A stretch of DNA of 64,000 nucleotides from Xylographa opegraphella. Lineage: Eukaryota. A program made the position numbers and the translations under genes. This document shows, piece after piece, positions 27,093 to 40,567 of this stretch; the stretch's first letter is position 1, and each line of letters starts with the position of its first letter. The stretch lies in contig JALDZX010000007.1 in the NCBI GenBank assembly GCA_022813865.1, positions 372,001-436,000 on the forward strand, given 5' to 3'. Below the pieces are notes generated by a model, which saw only the letters and a list, made by a program, of their open reading frames with translations, was not told the DNA's origin and did not search any database.

Positions 27093-27926
27093 ATACTTCA
27101 CTTCTTCCTGACATTCGTTTTTATCTCCTTGATAAGCATCACATCCGATCTGTTCTAAGACTCGCTTATCCAACTGTCAATGGGATCGATAGTCGTGAGG
27201 CACGCTCCCTGGGTACGACCCATGAGTATATGGTCCAGCCAACGACCTGGATTGGCCCCGTCGTTCCCGGAAGTCCTGATGTGACTTTGACCGGCTATAC
27301 ATATAAAGTAAGCATCGGTTCCGCACACGGAAAGCGTGTTTGACAGCATAAGCAGCACGTCTACGACCAGATCCTCGAATTGAACCCGGCTTATAATGGT
27401 GACGACTTTGCATACCTGGACACCGAACGGGCAAACTCAACGGCCATCACCAAGCGCAGTACAGTACGTCTGAGGACACAGCGGCCTCAGTTGTGATCGT
27501 GACACGTCTCTGACGGGGAGTAGATCTTGCCAGCGAACTGCAATGTGCCCTACCTTGTCGCCAGTACGAATGATGTCATTAACATTTACACATGGCTCAT
27601 CGATCTTAACGTGCGGTGGCCTATCCCTCCTGGTCCACGGTTGTGTCACGCTATGAACGTCGCGCAGACTGCCAATGGCTGTAGTGCCATCTACCTCTGC
27701 AACGACGTAAGCTCTGGCTCCGCACGAGCGTGGGCTGATGCGCAGGGGCTAGTTCGGTCTACAAAATCCGTAAGCAATTGCCCCGGGGGTACCATACCTC
27801 GCTTCAAACTACGTGTGGAACATCCTCGAGGACTGCCCGTATGATCTCTGGGTCCACGGCCAAGTCTTCGATACGGATAACTACAACGTTATCGTTTCCG
27901 GGAGCTGCGACTGGAACCGCCCCTGA
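27093..27926 (+). pseudogene. Probable pseudogene of a small secreted Cys-containing fungal protein
   Basis: Four exons joined by canonical introns: VQPTTWIGPVVPGSPDVTLTGYTYK|HVYDQILELNPAYNGDDF...ITKRST|ILPANC...PPGPRLC...CSAIYLCND|FGLQNP*AIAPGVPYLASNYVWNILEDCPYDLWVHGQVFDTDNYNVIVSGSCDWNRP*. In-frame TAA at 27771-27773. No ATG-led signal peptide found. Confidence 0.6.
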
Positions 27927-28724
27927 GCTGACGTCTTCTTGCGACGGGAAAGCGATTGGCTGGGAGCCGAATATGTTGCTGATCTTTCCCCGACGACTGG
28001 CTTCTCTGCTCATCTCCCGCTGTCGATAGGACGCTCATCTCTATGTAGCAGTGCAATGCCCCAGGGCGGTTGTGATACGACTATAGCGAAGGAATGGACC
28101 ACTTCATGGGCCGTGGGCACTTTGCAATATGTGTGTGACCACCGTCGACGAAACGGCCGCCGTGACGCTCCGCCGTGATAGCAAAACAATTCCCATATAC
28201 ACCATCACAAAGCTTTCTCGATACCGTCGCCTTCCCCTTCCACCCTCACGCCCTTCCCATCTAGAAGTCCACCGCACCCATCTGTAGTTGTACATGGGCC
28301 TCTCTTCACCGTACAACCCTTTGTTTCCCTTTCTGTTCCTACATAACACTTGATGGACGCCCACATCCCAAACCATTTCCTCCAGTAATTATACCAACCA
28401 GTAATTCCTTCGTGCGTGAATCCTCTTCTCCGTCACCCCACGATCTCCCACGATCATCCGCGGAGCGGGACGCTAAGGACCAGCATCACTTTAAACGCAA
28501 GGTGCGGGTATCCGCGGCTGGTGGAAGGGCGGTCGGGGAAATCGAGCCGGGCAATAAGGGGCCAATACTCCGTACCGTAATAAAATGCAAAATAATGTTA
28601 AAAGGTACGATGGGCACTGAAGCGCAGTGGTCATTCTAGCAGAATATATGTGTAAACAAGTGTGTTGTATTAGCTATGAACAACTACGAGACTATATGCT
28701 CGCGCACTAGCGTCACCGGGCCTA

Positions 28725-28730
28725 NNNNNN
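28725..28730. other. Assembly gap (6 N)
   Basis: nnnnnn in the sequence. Confidence 1.
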
Positions 28731-30197
28731 CCCGAGCTCTCGCTTAGCAGCTCTCGCTATCCTGCAGGCAGGCCGGGACTCTATTTCTAACAAATAATAA
28801 CTCAAACCCAGAAATCCCCCTGTCCAACAAAATCCACTTACCCGACCGTGTTGCAAATTCGACGCATGGTGAGTCAGCCTCCCTTACCTTATGGAATTTG
28901 GGCACCTCGTGCGTGTGTGATTGGCTGGAGCATTTTTCGGGCCGTTCGCGCCGTGTCAGCCCTAGCAGCTCTGGACGCGGGCGGTCCGCTGCCAGACGGG
29001 ATGCGGCTTAGGGTCAAAAACTTTGCCGCTGGTGGGCGGGGGATGGGGGAGGATTGTTTGTATTTCGCTACGCTGGGGATGGGGTGCAGAGGGTTTTGGT
29101 GGAGTGTACCTTAAGCTACCTTGTTCGGTAGAGGTGTATCATCGTGCGAAGGGCTTGGTCGCTGCGAGGCTGATGAGGGTGTGCATAAAGTACAGAAGGT
29201 AGAGAGTAAGGTAGTTCGCGCTGATTTATGCTTGCTCAGTGCTCACGGCCGTTTGTGGCTGAGCTCCTCCTGCGGTAGGGCCACGTGTGATATGATTGGT
29301 GCGCAGTGGCCCGAGGGGGGACAAGCGAGGCTTGGCGTCATTTCAGAGGACGAGGTTTGAGATTCGGAAGGGGGACAACGGCTACGGCGACGAGCTGAAG
29401 GTCAGGGGAGAGGGGGATTGGTTGGGGATGTGTCAAGCACACAGACCGTCGGGAGGCTTGATGAAGTCAGCAATAATCAGCATGTGTGCTGACAGCGGTT
29501 GATTCTTGTTGACTGTTTTGGGGGTGGAAATGAAATGGTGGAAAAGGGAGCTGAAAAAGGTGTGCAGAGTCAAGGTGTCTTTCTTGCTAACGCTCCAGCG
29601 AATCTGAACATACTCCCCGGTGCAGTCTGAACGACAAAGCCCAGGATCAAAGGGCATGCGAAGTCCGAACAGCCTTCGGAGTTGCCAGTCGCTGGTGCAT
29701 GCGTGACGTCTCCCATCCGCGTCTCTTTGGTCTGCTGCACTTGAGGAGTACGTTGACTAGCGCAAGCGTGATGGAGGCGCTTTATTTCACTCACTCCCAC
29801 ACTTCCACATCACGGTGATGACGAGTGAGAGGGACGAGTCATACTGCGTAGTTCTCCCCCATCTAGGCACCTTTATCGATCAAATGACAACACGTTGTTG
29901 CTTCTTTAATTGCCCGCTGAAAATCTCTCTCATCGCGATTTGATTTGCCTGCCCGCCTCCCCCTGCTAGCATACCTCGACCAGATCCGCCTCTCCAAAAC
30001 GTCGACGCCACAATGCAAATCATCCTTCAGCCTAGGCCATATCCACCAAATTAATCTCCCTTTTCCTCGACTTCTTTTCGAAACCTTTTTTGCCGCTCCT
30101 TAGAAACCACACCACGCTCCTTATCCACGCCCGCTCTTGCTTCCCATTCACTCGCCGCATCCCCCAGTCCAACGTCTTTCCTTTTCGCTCGGCAGTC

Positions 30198-32297
30198 ATG
30201 GGGCTTGTGACGCGCATCTGTCGCTGTATTCCAGGCTTCAGCATCATCGTCTGGATTGTAATCGCATACCTGGCTCTGGGCGACCGCATTCCGGGCTGGT
30301 TCTCGTCCCCGAACGCCAACGGGTCGGCCAAGAACGTCAAGAACACGTATGGCGACCTCCACCACCTCACCGTCTCGCAGGCCATCTACATCATCTACTC
30401 CGTGTCCATTCACCTTCTCGCATGCTTCGGTTTCCCTGTCCGGCTGCTCTGGTCGATATGGCACATGACGGACGAGATGAAGACGGCCAAATTCGACGCG
30501 GCCGAGGAGTATGCGGAGACGGAGTTCTCCGATGACAAGTCGTCCCAGCACTCGTTGAGCGTGAAGAGCTTGGGCGGAACGGAGTCCTCCATCAGTCGCG
30601 TGGGCACGCCCAAGATCCCCAGTCTGGCCGAGACACCGGAACCCGTTGTGCACGCCATCATCCTGCCCAGTTACAAAGAAGACATCGATACGTTGCGGGA
30701 GACGTTGTCCGTTCTGGCCAGTCATGTTCTGGCAAAGTCCAATTACGATGTGAGCAAAATTCCTGAGCGGCGACAACCGCGATCTTCGCCCGTACATGTG
30801 CCGTAAGCTAACAGAAATTCCCTTGCTAGATTTATCTTGCCATGGAACAACGAGACCCTGACGCTGAATCTACCGCGACGCAACTGATACTCGTCTTTGC
30901 CACTTCCTTCCGTAATATTTCTTTCACCCTCCACCCGGGGGACATTTCGGGCGAGGTCGCTGGCAAGAGTAGCAACGTCAGCTGGGCGGCACGTCAATTG
31001 AGCCATAATTATGTCGATAGTGAGAGTCGGAAGAACTGCGTCATAACAATCCTGGATGGTAGGATGTCTCCTCAATTCTACAACATAAGATACTGATAGG
31101 GAGTGTTTGTAGCCGACACCCATCTTTCCTCGAATTACTTCCTACTCATCACAAAATTTCACCGCGAAAACCCGTTAGAAGCAGCCACAACACTGTATTG
31201 CACTCCTATAATTTTCGACCGTAATTCCAACGATGTCAACCCGTTCGTTCGAGTGGCAGATATCTTCTGGTGTGGAGCTGGCATCTCAGGTCTCTACAAA
31301 GGCTCTCCGATCATGATTCCCACCTCGGTGTATTCGATCGCCATGACGCTTGCTGGTGAAGTTGGGGGCTGGGATACCGGCCCTGAGTCGATAGGGGAGG
31401 ATCTTCACATGTTTTTGAAGTGTTACTTCTCTTCGTCCGGCCAATTCAACACCCGAATCATCTACAGCCCGGCAAGTCAGAGCAACGTCAGCTCTGATCT
31501 GAAAGGGATCAGCGGAGCCATCAACAATCTGCAGGCTCGGTACAAGCAAGCGATGCGGCACATGTGGGGGTCCTTGGACACGGGATACGCCGTCGAAAGG
31601 GCGCTGCAGATCTTGTGGAAGAAGAATGACGAGAAGCTTTCGAGCTGGTTGTCAAGAGCAAGCGAGTAAGTGCCGTTTCAGATACACGGTTTGGACCAAT
31701 CACTGACAATATCAAAGTCCCGCAGACCGTGTCCCGCGCTGGGTCAACGACTCCAACCTCACCCATTTCACCCCACCAAACATCTACGAAGATATCGACC
31801 GACCGCGGACATCCTTCAGCAAAATCAACTTAATCATCCTCTTCCACCGTCTGTTCGAAGCGCACTTCCTCCCTTCGCACCTGACCATCGCCCTCGTGTC
31901 CGCGGTCATCTACTCGGCCTTGGTGCCGCCCATGCTCACCCACCGGCTGCTCCTCTGGTCCTTCGGCTTCAACGGCACCATGCGCCTCATCGGCTTCTGC
32001 CTCTTCTCCGTCTACCTCTTCCTCTACGAGAGCTACCACCAGCTGTGCGTGCGCACGCGCGAGGACGAGATGAAGCGCGCCGGCCTCTGGGACCGCATGC
32101 AGGGCGGCTTCTCCCACCGGTCGTGGCGGCGCAACTGCATCGACTACTGCCTCATGCCCGTCACCGGCACCATGTTTGGCACCATCCCCGCCGTCGTCGC
32201 CGAGGTCAGCCACTTCTGGACCGACCAGCTCGTCTACACCGTCAGCGCCAAACCGCTGCTGAAGCGCGAGATCGCAAAGGTCGTCGAGATGGCGTGA
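30198..32297 (+). CDS. Membrane-bound family 2 glycosyltransferase (processive-synthase-like, product unknown)
   Basis: Four exons. N-terminal TM helices precede HAIILPSYKED, GEVAGKSSNV, ILD|ADT (DxD across an intron), VGGWD...IGEDLHM and QAMRHMW (QxxRW-like), followed by C-terminal TM helices. Confidence 0.85.
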
Positions 32298-32433
32298 GTG
32301 GGCTCCCGGCAAGGCAACCGGGATTACTTTTTATCCAATTTAATATACTTTTTAATAATGGGCGGATTGCGGGTTCCGTGCGCTTCGCGTTGCGCGGGAA
32401 TGGGGGGCATGTGTGTGTATGCATCCGGCGCTG

Positions 32434-33252
32434 ATGGCATGGCATGGCATGGCATGGCATGGGCGGCGAAGCGAAGGTGTTTTTTTTTATTTTTTCCCAA
32501 TCGGGTTTTCTCCCTTTAACGGCCCTGGACCCGTCCATCCCCCTTTTGCCTGGGTGGTTTTCTTCTCTCGCACGCGGTGGCGCTCCCCATCACCGCACCG
32601 GAGGGCGGCGGGTGGCGGAGTGGGGCGCCTGGGTATTTCGGTGTACATAGAGCGAGCGAGCAAGTGTTGCGTTGCGTGTGGCATCCAGCGCGAAGGGGCG
32701 TGCTCGTATCAAAGCCCCCGCCCCCCCCCCCTTGCGGCGGCTGGGGCGCGCGCCGGTAATTAATACAAAGGGACGAAATGATATCTGACGGTGCTTGTTT
32801 TTGCTTTTGCATCTGCTGTGTTCCGTTCCGTTCCGTTCCGTTGTGCTTTATTGATACATGTCCTCCGCCCCGCACGCCTTACTCCCGCGTGCCACCCCCC
32901 TCCGCCCGCGCTTTCCTCGTCTCCGAGGCACGGAAGTGCCCTCCCCAGCCGTCTGCGCAAACGGGCCGGCAGTTATCCCGCCACCTTCCCCGATCGCCGA
33001 CGGCGCTGCTTCCGTCTCCAGTTCTGTCGGAATCCTCTTCCCCCCACCCACTGCATCGCGTCTCCATCACAGTTCGCGCACGCCTGGGGAGAGCCGGCTT
33101 CGTTCGTTCGTTCGTTGGTTGGTTGGTTGGTGGTGGTGGCTCGCTTGCTTGCTCGGTTGAAGGGTTTTGGGTGGGTCTGGGTTTTGGGTTTCGGTCTGTC
33201 TTTCGGTGTTTTCTTTTCGCGTGGGTTGTAGGCGTGTTTGCGATTGTGTGTG

Positions 33253-33286
<34 letters not shown>

Positions 33287-33288
33287 TG

Positions 33289-33319
<31 letters not shown>

Positions 33320-33640
33320 ATATGTATACGACCGAGGAAGAATATGGAGAAGAAGAAGATTGAGCCGTAGCACTCACTATGTTTCCGTCCGGGGTGTGGG
33401 TCGGAGGTAAGGAGGGGAACGGAGGGGGGTGGGTGGGTTGGGAGATATAGCTGATGGATGGATGAAGGGATGGGTTAGAGGGCAGTACGGCAGGGCTTGT
33501 GAGAACTGAGCGGCGGGCTCGGGCGCGGTTTGGGAGGGAGGGGGCGTGAGGCGGCCTAGCGCGGAGAGCGGGAGGGAGGTGAGGTCGGTGTGGGACGCAG
33601 GGGACGGAGGGGGCGATACATGCTGGGAGGAGAGTGCGAG
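32434..33640. repeat. Microsatellite/low-complexity island: (ATGGC)5, poly-C, (GTTCC)4, (TTCG)n/(TTGG)n, (TATG)n at about 33253-33328, G-rich tract
   Basis: Repeats read directly in the intergenic space between the convergent 3' ends of the GT2 and class V chitin synthase genes. Confidence 0.9.
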
Positions 33641-33873
33641 GGCTAGGAGGCACGGGCGCCGTTTCGCGGGCAAGACAAGAATAGATGCCACTTCGCCGGG
33701 ACGGATTAATGCTATACACAAACAGCGCCGAGTTCGGCCACCAATATCCTTTTGCCGGACGACCTATATTCCCTTCCTCACAGCTATGCCTTTGCCAACG
33801 CCGGTTCCTCTTATGCTAGATCGCTAATATCGAAAGCGGGCCGGTATCCTGAAAAAAAGGTATGCAAAGCGGC

Positions 33874-36800
33874 TCACAACTGGCCCGACAGTATAGCTTC
33901 GGTGGCTACCACTCCGTTAGCGCGATCAACGTGTAGTGTGCCACGAAACAAAATAAAAAGCTTACCGGATCCTATATACGGCTTCCTCGACTCCAGGTTG
34001 ACACCGAACCTCCGCTCCAGCTCCATCTTGATGCTCTTCTTCGTTACCGTCATCAGATCCGCCGTCCGCAAGATCTCCCGGATCTCCGCCAGGAGGGCGT
34101 CCTCGCTCGGCATGCCGCCCATCTCGCTCATCTCCATGTTCTCGGGGTAGCCTCGGGCCATGAGCTCCGAGGGCGCGAGCGACAGGCGAGACTCGTAGCG
34201 GGGCAGATCCATGTGCGACATGGGCCGCGAGGGCGGGAAGCCGTATTCCGACTGTGCAGGATTGAACGACTTGGTACCGTAGGAGATACCTGAGATCTCG
34301 GACCGGTCGTCTCGCTGGCTTTGAGCTTCCCACAGCTCGGCCTGGTACTCTTCCCACTTCTTGCGAGGAATCGTCGACGGATCAAATTTGCCTTCGTCGG
34401 TGATGACGATCTGCTTGCCCTTTTCACCCGTCACGACTCGAGTGTTTCCCCATGAAAAGTCGTCCATATGCCAGAATGCGTAGAGTGGCAGTCCAAGCGA
34501 GAACACGGGCATGGCTAAGATGTAGACGATCATCCAGCCAACCATCTCCCACTTCCGGCGTAATATGAAGATGATGGCTTGAAGACCATAGATGGCTCCA
34601 AGAAGAATAAAAGCCGTAAGGGGAATCACACTCGAGTTTAATGCAATGAGCACGATAAGGTAAATGATATAGGCGACAGTGACAGGCTGCACAATCGTGC
34701 TCAACAAGTCGAGGAACACTACGAAGCGCATACTGAAACAGCAAAACCCGCAGAGTTGCTGAAGAGGAATAAGTTCGATCAAGTTGTGGACTGTGGAGTT
34801 GATCCATCGTCTTCGCTGTGACATGAAGATCTTCCAGCTATCAGGAGCTATTGTCCAAGCATGAGCGTGGAACGTGTATTTTGTCTTGTATTTTGAATGA
34901 TACTTGAGCAGTAGCGTGGTCAAGTACCGATCCTCACCAAGATGCAAGAGGTTCTTCATGTGAAGCGTGTCCACTCGAATATTGGAATAGGCCTCAACGA
35001 CTTCTCGACTGACGAAGAGCGGCTTCCCAGTTTCAGCTGTGCGTATCCGGTACATTGTGAAACATCCGGGAAGGCACGTGACAGATCCAAATAAGCTCTC
35101 GAAGGCCTTGGTGAGGTTGTGGGAGATATAATACTCATAGACTTGGATCATAGTGACGAAAGAAGCTTTGGCATTCGTCAAGGCCGTTTCCCCACATATC
35201 CCTATCAGTCTGGAATCTTGCAAGAAAGCAGCAACCATTCTGGTAGCGGAGTCCGGAGCCACCACCGTATCTGCATCGATCTGAAACATGAATTCGTAGA
35301 AAGTGGGGTTGACACCGATAATGTTGCGAATTTGATGGTGCATTTCCAACTCCAGAGGATTCATCGGGAAGTTGTAGTGAACACGGTTCAAGAAGCGCAT
35401 GATGACCATTTGGGAGTCTCGTTTGCCGCGATTACCAGGACGAGAAACTTCCGATGGTTTCCCGATCTTCACTACCACCAAGAAAGGGACGATGTGCCCT
35501 TGCACTTCATATAATCCACTGTAGACCTTGCCCATGTTATGCTGCTTCATGCCTTCCCCTAAGCTTTCGAAGCTCAACGGCTCAGGATCCACAGTTTCGG
35601 ACACCCCCAGAATATCGAGAACTATTCTCGGTGTTGGCCGATCATTGCCCTGCCCGATAATCATTCCATCGCATATGATGACAAGAAGCTTGCGCTTGTC
35701 GTCGTACTTCATCCGAGCTGCAGAATCAATGGCGCGACGCAGAGAATCCTCGTCCTCGGTATATGCGGGTATCTGACAGATAACAAATTTATCGAGATTC
35801 TCCGGGACATTCTTCTTTCCAAATTGCAAGGCGGCAAAAAACTTGAAGCCAATGACACTGACGAGCAGAATCGAAACAGCAAGCAGGATGTACTGTGCAA
35901 ACAAGCATTGCGCGGAATTCCTAGTATCAACTGCTCCAACGAAGAAGAGATTATCAAGACACAGCTGCATTCTTTGTCGTTCACCTGAGTCAAGGCTAAG
36001 AGCCTGCCAGTTCTTAGTCACGTCTTGGCCGGCGTTCTGCTGAAATATGTTCACGACCAGCGGATCCATAAAGTATCTGTTAACATTCTCCGGTACCGAC
36101 TGGCCATAAACGGGTTGCACGCTGATCAATCCTTTGACATATGCCGTGAAATCGTACACGCGTCCGTTCAGTATAGCGATGGACATCTGCTTACCAGCAA
36201 GCTGATTTACGTAGCTGGCAGTATAACCAACATACCCCGTCTTGTAGTTCGAACGAAGCATTAACATCTGTTCCTGAAACCAATCTGGCCGGGGATCATT
36301 GGTCGAAGCTCGGAAGTCGTGGTATCGTGCGTTCGGGTCGGAACCACTGATGACTGTAGCAGACCCGGAAATGTTCATTGGGGGTGCTCCCAGTGTGATC
36401 GAGGGATCAACTGTGCCGTCTTGTCCCTGACACAAAGCGGATACTTGTACCGGGAAAAGAGCGGTGGCATCAATGCCCGCGTACTTCTTAAGTGAATTTT
36501 GCGGAACAATGCTCGGATAATGGTTTGGCATGAAACGACCGAGATCGAAGACGACGCCGCGAATGGCAATATAAGAACCAGAGTTGCCTTTGCCGTTGTA
36601 GGAGGATAACTCCTCTGCTGAGAAAACATTTTGCTTGGGGCAAATCAGTTGTGGAAAAACCACTATAAAGAAGATGACAAATCCGCAGCTTAGCCAGATC
36701 ATTAAATTGATGGCAAGCTTTTCCCTCCAAGCCGTTCTGATATCTTTCCGAGGCATGCGTCCGATCCACTTGACAAGAAAATCCGGGACACAGAATGTAA

Positions 36801-39664
36801 GCAACCATACCATAGCTAACCAGCGTTTGCGACTGCTGGAAGTCACGACGTCGTCAACCTCTTCCATCTTCTTCTCGTTGCCTTTCTCGGCCATCTGCTC
36901 TCTCGTCTCCAAGTTACGGAACATGTCTCCAGAATTGAAGGCTGAAGCGCCTGCATCGGATCGTGAATCAACGTCGCGACTACCAAAGTAACCTCCTTTG
37001 GTATCGTCTCCATAGATATATGCACCCGGAGAAGGTGTGTGCTCATTTGATGACACCAGCTTTGTCCTTGAATCACCGAAACCTCCTTCGCGACCCAGGA
37101 AACCATCGGTTTCGTTACCACCGTCTAAAAATCGCGCGCCGGACGCTCCTCTTTCCGTAAGCTGCGCTATACTTGACCAGCATCGCTCACTCAGGAACAC
37201 CCCGGTAGAGCCTAGGCGGGCTTCGTTACCGGGCCATCGCTTTTCAGTAAGTACAGCCTCGGCCTTCTCACGCTCGCTTCCTACCAGGGTTGACTCCGCT
37301 TGAATCAAGCCTAGGAATTCTCCAAATGGCAAGAAGACTGTGAAATCTGCATTCCGTAATCGTTGACTGATCTCTGCAATGCCGAGGGTCTGAACCTGCA
37401 TACGGACACACTTGCTGTCGAATTGATTCGCTATGCGCCTGTCATTTGGCTTCAGGCAGAATATGTAATAAGAATTCGTATTAGGTGCGATTATCGATTT
37501 CTTGATGCTTTCGAGCGAGCTCAAAAACTGTCCTGACGCACCCTGCTCGGGACCGCCTAATCGATGTCCACCTGGACCACTCCGTTTCCGCGATTGCTTT
37601 CTCACACTACCTTGACTAGCCAAGTCGTCTGTATCGTCTCCGTTCTCACCGTCAGTGGCAGTCTGGTGAGCAGTTTTGCCTGGCCGCGCACCCCTTCTAC
37701 GAGCCATACTTGGCATACGGATAGGCTTGGAACTGACTTGTGCCTGCATGACAGCAGTCTTTTCTTGAGGGTGCATCACGGTACGCAGAGCTTCTTGGCC
37801 AAATAACTCGCGAACGAAGTCACTCTTTGTTGAATTGATCAGATTCATCATATCTCCCGCAATGACTTCACCATTGTCTTCGACCAAACCGTTGACGGGA
37901 TAGTCAACCTCTCCCGCAAAATGCTTCACTGTGAAAGTTGCTGAGAAGTTGTGGGTAGCGAAATTGCTGCCAGGCATAACGGCGGTGGCGCTGCCCGCTG
38001 TGATGGCAGGGTTCTTCTTCTCAAAACGTTTCCGTATACTATCCAAGAATTGAGAGTCGGTCCTCCCTCTCCGGGTTTGATCGTCCAAAATGCTTAGCAA
38101 GCCATTGCCGGGTTTCAATAGTCCTCGGACTGCATCAGTGTTATCAAAATAGCTGGTTGCTGCCACGCTTACTTCCTCGGTTTCCAGGAGATCAGCCTTT
38201 CGCTCGAAGAAATTTTGAAGACACAAATTATATAACGACTCCGTAGCGGCATTGTTGAGAAGTTGGTCCAAAGTAGATCCAGTAGCGGCTGATTGAGCAA
38301 ATCCCGGGAAATCCACAATCGAGATGGTATTGGCGATTGTTTCTTCCACAGCACATGTCCTTTGGTTGATCTGCTCTATAACGTACGCAACGAGCAAGGA
38401 GTACAGCGTTCTCGCGAGTTCGTCGGCATTTGCTCGGGCTCCCGCGGGATCTAACATTACTGTAACTCGTTCTCTATGCAGTGTTTTTGTCTTGTATCCA
38501 AGGTTGGTCTCAAGATCAGATGCACTCAAGCCCAAGAAAGCGGCCACAATTCCAAGGACTTCTTTATTTTTGACCACAGTAATCTCTTCGCCCCCTTCAT
38601 GGGAGTAACCGCCGCTTTCATCCGCAGCCGGAGTAGTTGACTGACTGGTCATAAACTCCAGCTGTCCGATATGTAGAATGCTCGCGAACAATTGGCAGAT
38701 TTCTGCAATCTCACTTCGAGGAAATTCCAGCTTCCGTAAGGCGGTCTTGAAATGCTGAAATCCTTCGGCATCATTTATCCCGACCTTCAACTGCGTGGGA
38801 TGCCCCAAATACCGCCATCGCTTGTGACCAATTGTTCCGGACGTCCTATTGCCTGCTACCACGCCACCGTCAGAGACAACACCCGGCGAATTCAGCCCCA
38901 GATGAGTTTTTTCTGCAGGACTTGTGCCAGCCAGAAGATAGTACAAGACGTGGAAGCTGCGTTCTCCAGTAGGAACAGTTGCGATTCTACTGCGCTCCAG
39001 ACGATGGTCGAGGAGTTTACCTCCAATGAGCATTGGATTCATCGTAGAGGATGCGTCATACTGTAGTTCTAGGAAAAGGCCGGCCTTGGACGCTGTGGGA
39101 GCAGTGACAGACTTGGTCGTGGTTAAAGTATCAAATACAAATGCCGCAAGAGAGATTTTTGTTGAAAGGGGTGTGGATGAAAGCGAGAGAAGCGAGGATA
39201 ACAGGTGTGAGCGTATGGTTGTCTTCCCCGATCCAGATTCTCCCCTTCGTGAGATAACTATTAGTATATCATCCAGTACGTAGCATAAGTAAAATCATAA
39301 GAGGCTCACAGAAATATCGCAGCCTGGTTTTCTGCACGCGCGCCTAGCCGGGCTAGCATACGTCCTGCTAGATCCTCCGCCTCGCCCATCGCGCTCCCAT
39401 GTTTTCCACCGTCAGGTCCCTTTGCCGATGAGGTGTACGTATTCAAGGCAATAAGACCTTGAGAAGAGAGGTGGGCGGTGGGAAGAGAAACGTGAAACCT
39501 GCTGTTGTCAGCCGGCGTTCTCAGGGTCAGGGAAATCGTGGAGAGGACTACCTGCTAGCGAGGTGCGCTGTCAAGTGAGTATCCGATTGTAAATGAGCGG
39601 GAAGAGCAGGTAAGGACGCCTGCGAGTGAGAAGAAGTGATTCCTGTCATTGAGTGGGACGCCAT
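33874..39664 (-). CDS. csmA: Class V chitin synthase with N-terminal myosin motor domain
   Basis: 5' exons MASHSMTG...[30 protein letters not shown]...|LGESGSGKT (intact P-loop) lead into the 1722-aa ORF. It contains myosin motifs ([28 protein letters not shown]), cytochrome-b5-like segments, [26 protein letters not shown] and a C-terminal DEK_C ([12 protein letters not shown]). Confidence 0.96.
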
Positions 39665-40567
39665 GATGAGCTTTGCCTATTGCACCACAATATTACACGA
39701 CAACAGACGTGCTCCGCCACTCAAGTCATGCGGAGCCCAAAGTGGAGAGCACAACTCAGGTGCTTGAAAATCTTCTCCAATATATTGCTCGGAGTAGCCT
39801 GAAAAGCAGTTCTGTCAAAGATTCTTTCTCCAAGTCTCAGACCCTAAAACTCCATGAGCGGGCGGATACACGAAACCAGGAGGAAGGGCAGACGACCACT
39901 GGATTAGAACTAAGTACACACACAGAAACGAATGTATTGAACGATTGAGCAGTAGTAGTATGAACGACGAAGAAGCAGTGCTCAAACTTGCAGCTTGACC
40001 ACAATAATAATCAACGGCGAACCAGTAGTCTAGTTGACTTGGTTGCGTAAATAAGGCCAGCGTACAGGGGTCCGCTATGTTTAGCAGCAAAACGAGGGGC
40101 CGAGGGGCGACGCCAACGCTAAACGATTTCTTATTGCCACCCGAGAACCGGTGTTGGATCGAAAACACGGAGCCCGTACTCGCCTAATTCGCCTCAGACA
40201 AATGGTTATGCCGGCACGGCCAGTTGACGGGTCCTGAATTACGCCGGATCCGCCGTCTGTCTCACCCTATGCAAAAGGAAAATTAGAGTCCCTAGGTATG
40301 AGAGAGTGAAAACGCAGGCCTGCTAACACAAATCATGTCCGCCTCGATTTCAAACGAGTTCGTATCCCTGGATTGGGTCGTGTACTTTGGTATGCCTCAA
40401 CTTTGCTTCCGAGAACGGTCTAGATCCTACTTGAAAAGACGGGCCAAGAAAAAGTAGGTCTACTTCGTCAGCGGACGGGTGGCATAGAGAATTAGATTAT
40501 TACAGGTAGAATAAGCTGGCAAGGTTCACTCTCGATCCAGCACCGAGAATCCTTGTCCTGTCCATGT

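Noticed and set aside
28400..29100. Possible transposon remnant around the N gap
   Set aside because: I saw no terminal repeats, target-site duplication or transposase/RT motifs. The gap also means adjacency across it is unverified.
32242..33827. Many overlapping ORFs (e.g. YIHTYIHT, MYVCMYVC)
   Set aside because: These are translations of microsatellites and GC-rich low-complexity DNA.
33906..33965. Apparent hydrophobic insertion in the ChsV DEK_C tail (similar read-throughs at 6798-6848 and 53478-53525)
   Set aside because: These are ordinary stop-free introns of 3n length (60, 51 and 48 nt) read through by the ORF finder.
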